A stretch of 64,000 nt of DNA from Haliotis rufescens (lineage: Eukaryota), in contig NW_025963813.1 in assembly GCF_023055435.1 (NCBI RefSeq), positions 25,420,001 to 25,484,000 on the forward strand. The letters are read 5' to 3'. The notes under the pieces are model-generated. The model saw only the letters and a program-made list of their open reading frames with translations, ran no database searches and was not told the origin of the DNA. The position numbers were made by a program, and so were the translations under genes. This document shows positions 41,101 through 54,037 of this stretch, one piece after another. Numbering within the stretch: the first letter of the stretch is position 1; each line of letters opens with the position of its first letter.

Positions 41101-42794
41101 TGAGTATTATTATTGACCTTACTGAATGCTTCTTAGGAGGATTTGGTAATTTCTTGATGGTGAAAGTTCTCACGCTGAAATGGATAACATGCCAAGCCTG
41201 TCTGTATCTTTTTCTGTGTTTCCCATCTCCCGCCCACCCTGAATTTCCATTCTGACATGAAATAATTAAAAAGATTTTGTCTCACAATTTTCCCTGCCAC
41301 TGGAATATTATGCCCCAGTGTGATAGCAAAATAAGCACTACCATTCCACGCTCCTAAAAACACCAGGTCAGCCTGATCTTTCTTCAGCTATGTTTATTAA
41401 AAATTCATTTACGAAGCAAAGTGACTCGATTCATCGTCATAAATTAATTAGTTCGTTAAACTTTAAACTGTCACAAAATAAGTTACACAATTAATGAGAA
41501 ACAGAGTTGTTTATATTTTTAATTTTTATTTTATTTCGGCTCTCTGCCAGCTCTCTTGATGGTTGAGATTTGAGATGAGAAACACAAAAAAATATGAATG
41601 GTGCAAGCCTAGATCTGATCTCAACAAAAATGGACAATATCATCTGAATAGCAGTATATAAGGGAGACAACTCATTCAGACTTAGTGCAGCTGAGTGCTT
41701 GATGTTTGTTTATCCAGTATTTATTGCTGGTAGGTTTGTCATGTGTCTATTCATATGTGTTTATTTCGTTCACATTGAGGAAGTAAGTATTTATGACCTG
41801 TTTATTTTATCCTTATTTTTCACATTTGTCATGATTCATCCATACCAGGAATATGAGAAAAGGAAGAAATTCATGTCATAAATAATATCTAAATAACAGG
41901 TTCAACACAGATCTATTTATGCTGTAACTGATATATATTTAGGATAACAAGTCTTTGACAACACTCACACTTTGCACAAATTGTAACAAGGAATTTTATT
42001 TACAAGAAAGTGTACTATTCAATCAACTCCTATCATTTCTTACTATGAGCAGAGTTGCAGATGACAGTCCGTCCCACCAATTTCACCAAGGACAGGTGAC
42101 ATACAAAATCTACTTACCGTGTCAATGGTCATATTTTTTTCTGTCAATTAGTAATCGCCATGATGTGTATTGTGTATAAAACTAAACAACCCTAATTCAA
42201 GTTCAAAGTTATAGACAACAGAAAAAGATCTGCATAAAATGTTTGCATTGGCAACTTTTGACAAGGACAAGATTTTCGAGTAGCCAGTTCTGTGGTCTGT
42301 TCAAAATTTATTTTAAGTCTGCAACACTGCTGAGAGTATAAAATGACACCCATATTTTCACATGCAGATGACTGTTTGGTCATCTGAAATGTGATTTGGA
42401 TTTGTTAATTGCATTGAAACTTTTAATTTTGAACTGTACTTGTAGGCAACATATTTCATGAATATGGAAATGGAAGGTCTCAGCTGTACAGTGTTTCTAG
42501 TGTATGCAGGATACTGACCAGTAAATTATGGCTTGGGCCAGTGAAGTCAAGGCTAGTATTGGTTTTCTGAAGAAACATGGTGTACTGTTTGAGTTGTTTA
42601 CATTATCTGAGCCTTACAGTTTACATTCCTTCAGTTAGACTTAAGTCTTAATGTAAGTGGAACACCAAGCTAAACTCTGATGTGTAGACATGTATATAAA
42701 GTGATGTGACATTGATCGTGGATTTCTGTACTTCTGTACGAACAGATGAGTTGTCATTGTGGTAGTTTCAACTGTTTGGTATTTCTGATAATCT

Positions 42795-43150
42795 CAAATG
42801 CTCTGCACCATGTGGTTGTAGTGTGTCAAATGCTCTGCACCATGTGGTTATAGTGTGTCGATTGCTCTACACCATGTGGTTGTTGTGTGTCAAATGCCCT
42901 ACACCATGTGGTTGTTGTGTGTCAAATGCCCTACACCATGTGGTTGTTGTGTGTCAAATGCCCTACACCAAGTGGTTGTTGTGTGTCAAATGCTCTACAC
43001 CATGTGGTTGTTGTGTGTCAAATGCTCTACACCATGTGGTTGTTGTGTGTCAAATGCCCTACACCATGTGGTTGTTGTGTGACAAATGCTCTACACCGTG
43101 TGGTTGTTGTGTGTCAAATGCCCTACACCATGTGATTGTAATGTGTCAAC
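42795..43150. repeat. 32-bp minisatellite (~11 copies)
   Basis: Unit tcaaatgccctacaccatgtggttgttgtgtg. Confidence 0.95.
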
Positions 43151-43429
43151 ATTATCCAACTGAGCCATGTGTGACAAAAAACTGACATTCATGAACATGG
43201 CAACTGGCAGACAGCAGTTCTGTCCTTTATATTTAAGGATGCAAAAGGTAAAAAAACAACTTTTCAGCAAAATTTAGAACAGTGCAGTATATTTTCTATA
43301 TTTTGCAATAGCCCAACTACATGCATATGACAGCAGTCTGTACATAATTTAGTCTAGACAAAATGTTTGAACTGTTATAATAATCGTTTGGATTCCATGA
43401 TTTTTATTTGTTCAAGGCATAGATTTGGA

Positions 43430-43966
43430 CATCTTCACGATCAAAGTAGTTTACTCACTGTAAAAGTCCAGTTTCCACCCTTGCTGATCTCGGCTGGAAT
43501 TTCTGGGCTCGATCGTAGTGCCACCAGTGGCTATTACGGGTTATGTCCCTTCTATGTTCCTCCTATCCTCCAATCAGATTCCACTTCTCATATCACTTGT
43601 ATTTGCTTCAAACAAAATGGTGGCACTCAGTGAAGACGATCTGATCGATAATCAATATCTATATTGTAATAAAACGGGTCTTACTTCGCGAAGTGCATCC
43701 CATTATGTGAGCACCTTTATTAAAAACATGAAAAGGTTTTGAACGTATCTGTTGATGCTTAGTTGACGGTACACATGCATTGCAAATCCTGCAATTTACT
43801 GAAATCTGCAATCCATTTTACGAACAGGACGTTGATTTCATTTTGCCATTTTGATTGGACTATACATCGACTCATTCATCCAGCCAAACTATAACTCCAT
43901 AATTCCAGCCTAGTTCGGCAGGGGTGGAAACTGGACTTTTGTAGTCAGTTCACTCCCTTGACGCGG
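43430..43966. mobile_element. ~540-bp MITE, copy 1 (9-bp flanking direct repeat AGATTTGGA)
   Basis: Colinear with 46452-46989. TIRs contain aaaagtccagtttccaccc / gggtggaaactggactttt. Confidence 0.85.
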
Positions 43967-44522
43967 AGATTTGGAAAATATAGTTATATATAGCCATGGA
44001 AAATGTTGCATTATTACATCATCATCATCATCATCATCATCATCTTCATATTTTCAGTTTCTGGTTTCATTTAATTCCCTTGCCAAGGCAGGGTTAGAAC
44101 AAAATTGAAAAGATTTACTAGACTGGGTAAAGATAATATATTAGTTTTGCATCACTGTCTTCACTAACTATGGCAGTTGTTCCTGATGTTTCAGAAATTA
44201 GGATAGGTGATGTTGGAATCTGCTGTACCAAATGCTGTAATATTTTGTATGAGTGTTTGTAATGTAATAGATAGAGGACAAGTGGGAGTAGTTCAATGAG
44301 ACTTATAGGTACAGTTGCAAGCAGCCATATTGAAAATGTTTGTACTAGCACCGAATACAGTTATTACATATTTAGAAATAGTGCATATGCTTACTTAGTG
44401 AAATATCCTCAAATTGGTTCAGAGTAGGCTGATATTGTATAACAAATATATTGTTCAGCTTCTAAACAACACATTTACAATGTGACTTTTCCAACTTCAG
44501 TTTGTCCTCCCAACACTCCAAT

Positions 44523-45554
44523 ATGGCCGAGGAAAAGAGACGCAGCCCTCTCAAGGTGGCTGCAGTGGTGGCCATGTATTGGAGCATCTCTATATCCATG
44601 GTGTTTATCATGAAACATTTGCTGAGTGGTAGCTATGGCAACCAGGACCTCACCATCTTCGTCACATGGTACCAGAGCGCTTCTGTAGTTGTGCTCATCT
44701 TGGCTATGTCATCAGCATCAAGACTCCTTAAGTTTGGATTGAGTATTCCATCCCTGGACAAAGAAACTATCCTAAACAGTGACATGCTATCACTTAGCTT
44801 TTCATTTGTGATCAGTCTCACCATGAACAATCTGATGTTGAAACATATCAGTGTGTCGTTTTATCAAGTTGCACGATCACTGACGCTTATCTTCTCTATA
44901 CTGTTGTCATTCTGTATGTTGGCAAAAGCTCCCTCTTACAAGGTAGTGTTGGCCTGTTTGCTCATCATCGCTGGGTTTGTTATTGGGGTGGACCAAGAAG
45001 AGGCTTCAGGTAGTATCACAATTTGGGGAATTATCTACGGACTACTGGCAAGTCTTACATCAGCTTTAACAGGTATATATTTCAAGAAGGGGGAATATGC
45101 AGTCGGTGGAAGTGCTCTGAAACTGGCTTACATCAATAACTTCAACAGCATGATGATAATATTTCCACTAGTGTTGAGCACAAATCAGCTGTCACATATC
45201 ATGAACTCGGACATAGCTACCAACCCACAGCTGTGGTTGTTCCTAACAGCTTCAGGAGCTCTGAGTCTGGCAATTGGTTGGGCAAGTGCATTACAGATTC
45301 GCTACACTTCCCCAGTTACTCATCAGATCAGCATCAACGCTAAGTCCATTACTCAGACAGTCATCGCAATCTTATGGAACAACGAACTTAAAACTGTATT
45401 CTGGTGGTTTGGCAATGTCCTTGTGTTGTTTGGAATAGGCATCTACACCTTTGCTAAATATCAAGAGAGCAAGACCCAAAAGGTTGAGACTTCACCAATG
45501 CCCACAAAGAACAATTCCAGTAGCAGCTCTTCACCTGAGAAGCCAACTGTGTGA
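44523..45554 (+). CDS. SLC35C1: GDP-fucose transporter-like nucleotide-sugar transporter (SLC35C1 family), 343 aa, single coding exon
   Basis: Motifs YWSISISMVF, IFVTWYQ, NNLMLKHISVSFYQVARSLT, GFVIGVDQE, LQIRYTSPVTH, QTVIA, WW.GN match SLC35C1; about 10 TM segments. Acceptor ttccaacttcag| at 44500/44501, ATG at 44523. Divergent, so possibly a paralog. Confidence 0.92.
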   Translation: MAEEKRRSPLKVAAVVAMYWSISISMVFIMKHLLSGSYGNQDLTIFVTWYQSASVVVLILAMSSASRLLKFGLSIPSLDKETILNSDMLSLSFSFVISLTMNNLMLKHISVSFYQVARSLTLIFSILLSFCMLAKAPSYKVVLACLLIIAGFVIGVDQEEASGSITIWGIIYGLLASLTSALTGIYFKKGEYAVGGSALKLAYINNFNSMMIIFPLVLSTNQLSHIMNSDIATNPQLWLFLTASGALSLAIGWASALQIRYTSPVTHQISINAKSITQTVIAILWNNELKTVFWWFGNVLVLFGIGIYTFAKYQESKTQKVETSPMPTKNNSSSSSSPEKPTV

Positions 45555-46451
45555 AGGCACTGAGAAAATAAGACTTTTATTGTGTTAATGTTTTACCAGT
45601 ATCTGAAACTATCATTCTAAAAATAAGGTCTTTGAATATGTTGCCTGAATCTGAATATTTTTCTGTCTTGTCATATTTAATTATAACCGTTTTGCGTTGC
45701 TTGATCCCAGAGTGGGGCTTACATTATGGTGCTATGTTTATGCATAAGTTCTCTTCCCAAGTAGTCTTTGTCATTGGAATCGTCTCACAGAGCAGAAGAA
45801 AACCGCTTGAAAACCAAGCACCATGACAAATGGCATAATATAGAAAACTTCAATATTTACTCTTCTTGAGAATAATTCTGGTGAAGATAAGGACTGGCAG
45901 TTATGCCATATATCCTGGATAATGTATTACTGTCAACCTTTATACACATAACACCTTTGTATTTATTAAATATTGCTCAGTATATTTTGTATTCCAGGAC
46001 CAGGGTTTGCACAGTATTGTCCACAGCTACTGATTCAGGTTTTGCGGTAAACCAGAGAAATACTAGTATTCACAAACAAGGAATGGCTGGAGTTTTTCTG
46101 TTTCTATTTCCAATTTTGAAATAAGAACTTGTTAGTATTATGAATCTCAGCATGTCTCTGCAGTGTCTCAGGATTGCTACAGCTATTACTTCACAAACTT
46201 CAGAGGTGACAGAGGGGTTCAGGTCGTGTGGACTATATCACTGGGTTGCTTGTTATTGTTCCCACACAAGGGGGATAACTCCTCATTATGACCACACTGC
46301 CCTGATGTGGATGTACAATGTATTGCCCCTTGTACATTACTACACGAGCAACCCATACAGTTTATGAGTTTCAAAATGTATCTAGTAAGCTAACACTTTG
46401 AAATTTGTTTGGAAATACACAGGTGGAAAACAAGCAGTATCTGTCGAGGAC

Positions 46452-46989
46452 CATCTTCCCGAGGCAAGAGAGTTAACTGACTTTAAAAGTCCAGTTTCCA
46501 CCCTTGCCGAACTAGGCTGGAATTACTGGGCTGGACCATAGCGCCACCAGTGGCTATTACCAATTATGTGCCTTCTAAGCCTCTCCTAAGGACCAATCAG
46601 ATTCCACCTTTCGTATCACTTGCGTTTGCTTCACACAAAATGGTTGTGCCCGGTCAGGACATTCTGATCGATAATTAATATCTATATTGTGATAAAATGG
46701 GTCTTACATCGCAAAATGCATCAAATCACGTGAGCTCCTTGATTAAAAACATGAGAAGATTTGGAAAATATCTGCTGACAACGAGTTGGTGGTGCACATG
46801 CTTTGCAAATCCTGCAATCGACCGAAATCTGCACAACAGTTTACGAACTGGATTTCAATTTTGCTGCGCGCTTTTGATTGGACTATGCATAGACTCGTTA
46901 GTCCAGCCAAAAAGTAACTCCATAATACCAGCCTAGTTCGGCAAGGGTGGACTTTTATAGTCACTTAACTCTCTAGCCTCGGGAAGATG
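46452..46989. mobile_element. ~540-bp MITE, copy 2 (long TIRs, 9-bp TSD GTCGAGGAC)
   Basis: GTCGAGGAC|CATCTTCCCGAGGC...GCCTCGGGAAGATG|GTCGAGGAC. Confidence 0.9.
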
Positions 46990-47012
46990 GTCGAGGACAA
47001 ATGTAGTAATTA

Positions 47013-47060
47013 TTATGTCTCCCCCAGAATGGAGGGAGACATATTGTTTTTGGCACGGTT

Positions 47061-47101
<41 letters not shown>

Positions 47102-47990
47102 TCCCACCGTTTCCGGACCATAACTCAGAAACCGTTTAATATTTTTTCGCGAACTTTGTATACACATTAACCCAGCACTGAAGTGGTGCCTTTTGCTATT
47201 TAGAGATTTTTGACATTTTTATTTTTTCTCGTTTCCATGGAGATAACTTGAACATAGACTCTGAATGGGGGTAAACTTGGTTTCCGGACCATAACTCGGA
47301 AACCGTTTAATATTTTTTCGCGAAACTTTGTATACACATTAACCCAGCACTGAAGTGGTGCCTTTTGCTATTTAGAGATTTTTGACATTTTTATTTTTTC
47401 TCGTTTCCATGGAGATAAGTTGAACATAGGCTCTGAATGGGGGTAAGCTTTGTTTCCTGACCATAACTCAGAAACCGTTAAATATTGTTTCGCGAAACTT
47501 TGTATACACATTAACCCAGCACTGAAGTGGTGCCTTTTGCTATTACAGTTTCCATGACATCACATATGTCATTGTGTCGAAGACCTGCAGAGTCAGATAC
47601 ACGGGCAATTACATCACAGAGACTTTCCTTTGTGCCATATAACATTGCTACATCATTTCTGATATGTTGGGGATATTAATATATTTGTGTCCAAACTCTA
47701 TTAGTACTTAAGTGGATTTTCTATAAATACTTCAGTAACAAGAAAACTGTGCTACTTAGATGACTACACTGTCAGGTGGGTAAATGATTGAGGGATTAGT
47801 GGTGTTGATTAGACGCTGAAGTGGTGCCCATTAGTTGTTTGAAATTTCTAGGAGTTCTATTTTTGTCTCTGTTATTAAGTAATGGAGGGTGGGAATGAAG
47901 AGATGGGGTTTAACGTGAAGTAAACGAATGAATGGGGGTTAGGGGAGTGGGGGGAGACATATGTTTTTACGAGTAAAAACACTTTCTAGT
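47013..47990 (+). mobile_element. Complete HINE (Helentron-associated non-autonomous element)
   Basis: 5' subTIR ATGTCTCCCCC with nearby IR GGGAGACAT, a (CGTCGG)n microsatellite, ~2.5 tandem ~171-bp core repeats (47110-47545), 3' subTIR GGGGGAGACAT, hairpin TGTTTTT-acgagt-AAAAACA, and a CTAGT end in T-rich target. Confidence 0.9.
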
Positions 47991-48161
47991 TTATTACTCA
48001 TGTTAGTAAGCATTAAAACATTATAACGTCACTGATGAAATCATAGGGTGACAACAAATCAGGTGACAGTACTTGTAATTTACATTCCCTGAAACTATTG
48101 AGCATTATTCTTTACAAATTTTACTGAACAGTGAACATGCCCTTAAAATTTTATCAGTCAT

Positions 48162-48397
48162 TTGTATCCCCTGGCTTGAAAAACTCCCAAACCATTGAAT
48201 ATTTCTAGATGAAACTTGCTATACAGATCAGTCTAGTGGTGAACTGGTGCCTTTTGTCATTTGATGATTTGGGATTAACATTATGTTTTTCTTCACAGAA
48301 CTAAAAGTAATCCATTGGCAATAAACCAAAAGTTGGGTATAAGGAGCCAAACTCCACTCCGGACCTAGGGGATATGTCATCTCCTGATGACTCTTTT
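48162..48397 (+). mobile_element. Short HINE
   Basis: TATCCCCT...AGGGGATA subTIRs, a GTCATC-tcct-GATGAC hairpin, and core gtctagtggtgaactggtgcctttt shared with 12370-14000. Confidence 0.7.
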
Positions 48398-49421
48398 TTG
48401 TCACCTTGATTAAGATATTCTCATTTTAACATAAGAAAATCCACACTGACCACAGATATTCCTTTGACGGTACATCCATTTAAGTGTAGTTGCCATGGTA
48501 ATCAGAAATGACTGGGTGTATAAAATATCCATAACAATATAATGGTACATCCTTTATTATTTCAATTCAGAACAAGCCAATTATAAAAGTTTCTGAGATA
48601 CCCGGTGTTGTGGTCTGAATGCTCAACTCACTCATACCAAGAAATACTATACCTTGATTCTGATTGGCTTTTTAGAAACTTCACCTGACATGACCTATGG
48701 AGGGGTTTGGGGTTCACGCTGAGAGGTCATGATCGGAGTGAAAGATGTGATATTGATGAGATTGGTCTACACTCATATTATGTTAACCTAACAACACAAC
48801 TCCTGTAAGCAGCTCTTCACCTCCTTTCCCCAACACTTACAGTGCTGTCTGCACTGTTCCATGAGGTACACTTTACCACATACTGTGAGAGTTAGGAGAT
48901 TGTGAACTGTAGCATGTTAGTTTCCCTTCTCACGACTCATTGTAGTGATGAACTGACCTACTGATCCCTTTCAATTCATTCTTTTGTTTGCCTCAGTGAT
49001 ATATTGCTGCAAACCTACTTCATTACTCTTCATGTTATGTTCATTCGCACCATGTATTCAGCAGCCATTGTTTATCATGCTTGATAGCATGTATTTTTTA
49101 CATTTACTTGCCATTGGTTGACATTTAATTTTAAATATGTTCCTTGCCCCTTAACTGTGATATTTGTTTACATGTATTGAAGCATATACATGTATACTTT
49201 GGACTTGTGAAAATGGTTATTGTAAAAATAATTATCATGCATGTTGTTTTTGCAATATTATATACAGATTAAAATTTTAAAAATGCAGCAAAGAGGGTTT
49301 GGCACAGTCGGGCTGGTTTGGCTCATCATCAAGCTCAGGGCCCTTGCCCCCTCTACACGCTGCTCAGACAGTGAATTGGACTTCTCCCAGGAAGCGCTGC
49401 CTGGTCAAACCCACCCAGAAC

Positions 49422-49461
<40 letters not shown>
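49422..49461. repeat. (ATT)n microsatellite
   Basis: Direct reading. Confidence 0.95.
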
Positions 49462-49462
<1 letters not shown>

Positions 49463-49813
49463 TCTTGCCAAAGAAAAATACACCTTCATACACCTTGTCT
49501 TTGAAATTTGATGAACAGCCTTTGACAAATATCTCACACAACATTTCCTACATGTTAGTCCCAACATAACTAGCTCTGATGCGGACCAGGGCTAGAACTT
49601 TATAGTAGCCCGTTAGCCTAAGCCTAGTACAAATTCCTGCACGCCGTACAAATTTCCCTATTGTTTTAACATTACAAGGGCATTATATTTCTATCCAGGC
49701 TAGTAAAGCTTTTGAGGTTAACTCTAAGCCTGTTAGCACTATCAGAAATAACATGAAACTGTCTTTTTTAGCAATGTAGGAGGTATGGCTGCACAGTATA
49801 TCTCTCACAACTG

Positions 49814-50978
49814 AATGACTAGCTTGAAGTAGTTCGACCACCAGCACTCTGCTAGCTGCCCTTCACAGCAGTGTAAGCAATGACTAGCTTGAAGTAGTTA
49901 GACCACCAGCACTCTGCTAGCTGCCCTTCACAGCAGTGTAAGCAATGACTAGCTTGAAGTAGTTAGACCACCAGCACTCTGCTAGCCGCCCTTCACAGCA
50001 GTGTAAGCAATGACTAGCTTGAAGTAGTTAGACCACCAGCACTCTGCTAGCCGCCCTTCACAGCAGTGTAAGCAATGACTAGCTTGAAGTAGTTAGACCA
50101 CCAGGACTCGGCTAGCCACCTTCACAGCAGTGTAAGCAATGACTAGCTTGAAGTAGTTAGACCACCAGCACTCGGCTAGCCGCCCTTCACAGCAATGTAA
50201 GCAATGACTAGCTTGAAGTAGTTCGACCACCAGCACTCTGCTAGCTGCCCTTCACAGCAGTGTAAGCAATGACTAGCTTGAAGTAGTTAGACCACCAGCA
50301 CTCGGCTAGCCACCTTCACAGCAGTGTAAGCAATGACTAGCTTGAAGTAGTTAGACCACCAGAACTCTGCTAGCTGCCCTTCACAGCAGTGTAAGCAATG
50401 ACTAGCTTGAAGTAGTTAGACCACCAGCACTCGGCTAGCCACCTTCACAGCAGTGTAAGCAATGACTAGCTTGAAGTAGTTAGACCACCAGGACTCGGCT
50501 AGCCACCTTCACAGCAGTGTAAGCAATGACTAGCTTGAAGTAGTTAGACCACCAGCACTCTGCTAGCCACCTTCACAGCAGTGTAAGCAATGACTAGCTT
50601 GAAGTAGTTCGACCACCAGCACTCTGCTAGCCACCTTCACAGCAGTGTAAGCAATGACTAGCTTGAAGTAGTTCGACCACCAGCACTCTGCTAGCTGCCC
50701 TTCACAGCAGTGTAAGCAATGACTAGCTTGAAGTAGTTAGACCACCAGCACTCGGCTAGCCACCTTCACAGCAGTGTAAGCAATGACTAGCTTGAAGTAG
50801 TTAGACCACCAGGACTCGGCTAGCCACCTTCACAGCAGTGTAAGCAATGACTAGCTTGAAGTAGTTAGACCACCAGGACTCGGCTAGCTGCCCTTCACAG
50901 CAGTGTAAGCAATGACTAGCTTGAAGTAGTTAGACCACCAGCACTCTGCTAGCTGCCTTCACAGCAGTGGAAGCAATG
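49814..50978. repeat. 64/65-bp minisatellite (~18 copies)
   Basis: Unit aatgactagcttgaagtagttagaccaccagcactctgctagctgcccttcacagcagtgtaagc. Confidence 0.97.
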
Positions 50979-51917
50979 AGATATTGATCAGTTCCGGCTC
51001 CAGACAGGATACCTGGTTATTACACACAATTCTCAAACAACTTTACTCACAAGGGAAATCAGTTTTTATTATTTTTTGTGCAAACCAACCGAGATTTACG
51101 TACTGACATGGCTGCAGCCCCTATGCCAACATTGTACAAGTAAATATTCTTTTTGTGACATGTTTGTTTATTATCTTTTGAATGCCAAATAAGGTAGTAA
51201 GGTGTTGTTTGGCTATATAGGTTTTATTGTAATGCCGGTTCTTGTTTTATATCAAAGCCACAGCATTTTATATTTTCATTGATATGCAGACACTATTTTT
51301 TACATACTTTTTGTTATACCTACATATCAGGCAGAAGCCGGATAGTTTAAGGCACCTTGTGGTTTAAGCATGTACTCTTTTATGCTGTTTTTTTAGCTCC
51401 ATGATTCTTCACAAGAATAGAGTCTGGGAAGCCCATTCTTGACAACTTAACCATGATGTTTATGGCAGTCTATGTTTGGCACCTCTAACCAAATAAACAC
51501 AAATGGGGATTTAATTAGTTTTTAGCATGCACATTTCAAAGCAATTCACAGTGCAATTTCAGATGTGATTTGTTTTGTTTTATGCTATGTCATAACTACT
51601 TGTATGGAACATCTTGACATGGCACACTTCAGTGGGGAGACTCTTAGAGTATTTCAAATAATCATAAAGCACTGGCATGATGAAAATGCTAAAAGGACTT
51701 TACTTTCTGTGCAGACTGAACCAGATCCACAACCTGACAGCATATTCTGCAGGTATCAAACTTACTAGGTATGCTCTGCTCCAACTCCAACAGCCATCCA
51801 TGCGGACATGGGGCTCATTCCTTTGCCGCTGTTAAGGAAAGAACCGTCTGGTAAGAAGTATGCAAATGATGATGATGATGATGATGATGATGTCATTTCT
51901 GCTGTGGAGGACTTTGA

Positions 51918-52600
51918 CACCAGCAGGAGGAAGTCTTCTACCCCAGCAGGAGGAAAGTCTTCTACCCCAGCAGGAGGAAGTCTTCTACCCCAGCAGGAGG
52001 AAGTCTTCTACCCCAGCAGGAGGAAGTCTTCTACCCCAGCAGGAGGAAAGTCTTCTTCCCCAGCAGGAGGAAAGTCTTCTACCCCAGCAGGAGGAAGTCT
52101 TCTACCCCAGCAGGAAGAAGTCTTCTACCCCAGCAGGAGGAAAGTCTTCTACCCCAGCAGGAGGAAGTCTTCTACCCCAGCAGGAAGAAGTCTTCTACCC
52201 CAGCAGGAGGAAAGTCTTCTACCCCAGCAGGAAGAAGTCTTCTACCCCAGCAGGAAGAAGTCTTCTACCCCAGCAGGAGGAAAGTCTTCTACCCCAGCAG
52301 GAAGAAGTCTTCTACCTCAGCAGGAGGAAAGTCTTCTACCCCAGCAGGAGGAAAGTCTTCTACCCCAGCAGGAGGAAAGTCTTCTACCCCAGCAGGAGGA
52401 AGTCTTCTACCCCAGCAGGAGGAAAGTCTTCTACCCCAGCAGGAAGAAGTCTTCTACCCCAGCAGGAGGAAAGTCTTCTACCCCAGCAGGAGGAAGTCTT
52501 CTACCCCAGCAGGAAGAAGTCTTCTACCCCAGCAGGAGGAAAGTCTTCTACCCCAGCAGGAGGAAAGTCTTCTACCCCAGCAGGAGGAAGTCTTCTACCA
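51918..52600. repeat. 23/24-bp minisatellite (~29 copies)
   Basis: Unit ccccagcaggagga(a)agtcttcta, preceded by (GAT)n at 51866-51892. Confidence 0.97.
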
Positions 52601-54037
52601 GAGCAGGTTCCAGGCTCTCCAGCGGCTGGCACAAGGGTGTGGACCTCGGGGAGTATTTCGTGGAAATATAATTAGCAACCAACTCCAAACACAGTCCGTC
52701 GTAGTTAAACTCAGGAAGCCCCCTCTTGTAGCTTTGAGATACAGTGGATGTTAACCAAAGGGTGATTCCACTGTGTACTTTTAAGCCATCTGTGTCAACA
52801 GTTGGAAATATTTTCTGATTTGTTTATAGTTGAGATCTGTTCTATTTATGCTGGTGTGCTTAAACATGTATTGAGGTTACTAGTTTGGTGTAGTTACTTT
52901 CTGAGGAAGATCAATATTACAGCAGTTTTAAAATTTTGTTTTAGTCCTACAGTGAAGTAACAGTATGTATAAGATTGTAATGGGATTTGTAGGACACAAT
53001 GACGCAATGAAATGGGAATGTTGGATTGCGAATTACTGAAATCTGTTTGTCATTATGAAATACTTCACCACTCTGACATTCCACTCGGCCTTGTAGCCTC
53101 CATGTACTCATGTACATTCTCATATTGTTTTTGGTTTCTTGTTTAATGTTTATGTATTCATTGGTTGCATATATGTGATAAGCTGTTATTGTAGTTTGGT
53201 AGACGTTACAATGGGTATCAGGCAGAAGATAACAAAATATCAGATCAAATTCTTTGTTAATGAAGGTTTGTATAAAAGATGTATATTGATATGGTATGTT
53301 TTCATATGGCTATTCTGTGAAAAGAATTTCTGGTCCACAGGAATTCTAAATATATTTGTTTCACTAAAATTGTATCACAAGATATGCACATTTTGCAATT
53401 CAGTGATCAATTGTGAAAACAAGTGATAGCTGGACTGTGATTGTGGCCCAACTGACAAGCCATTCCTGCCTGTTGGTGGTTGTGCAGGATGTGTTCCCAC
53501 AGGGATGTGTTCAGGGAGGGTGGGAACAAAATCATAATTTATTTATACTGTCTTGTCCCAAATGGAAACTTGATGTATACCGGGTATACGTTCAAATATA
53601 TCCTGTCTATGGTGCATTGTTGATGTTAGATCTGGTTGTAGTTTACCTTTGTTTCCTAGCAGGTGTGTTGTAGGCTATTGAAACTCCATGACCTGTGATA
53701 GTGAGTCTTACTGCTTTCTCCAGTTTGATAAAGTAAACATTTTGAGTTTGAAATTAAATAGGATATTATAAATCTCAGTGAAAAGAAAGGGACATTTTTT
53801 CTAAATTACAGCTGAACTGCATATTATCTACCTCAAGTTAAAATGACATTCATTGAGTTGCATTAAAATTGATGCATTAAAATTATTATTATCAGCACAC
53901 TTAAAAAAGTATGTATCTATTTGTAAAGTATGATTTGAAATAACAAGTATTTGGTGTCATGTCTGCCACACAATTTAATGGTACCGGTACCGGTAGTTGA
54001 GGGTTGTTCTTAGAAGCAGGTTTGCACTATTTGCCTA

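Noticed and set aside
43421-46998. Composite transposon that mobilised the SLC35C1-like exon
   Set aside because: Each MITE has its own distinct 9-bp flanking repeat, indicating independent insertions. The exon also has a normal acceptor and a candidate upstream exon outside the pair.
51808-52675. 287- and 271-aa ORFs
   Set aside because: They derive from the 23/24-bp repeat and cycle through the same three peptides. A donor at 51851 suggests the array is intronic.
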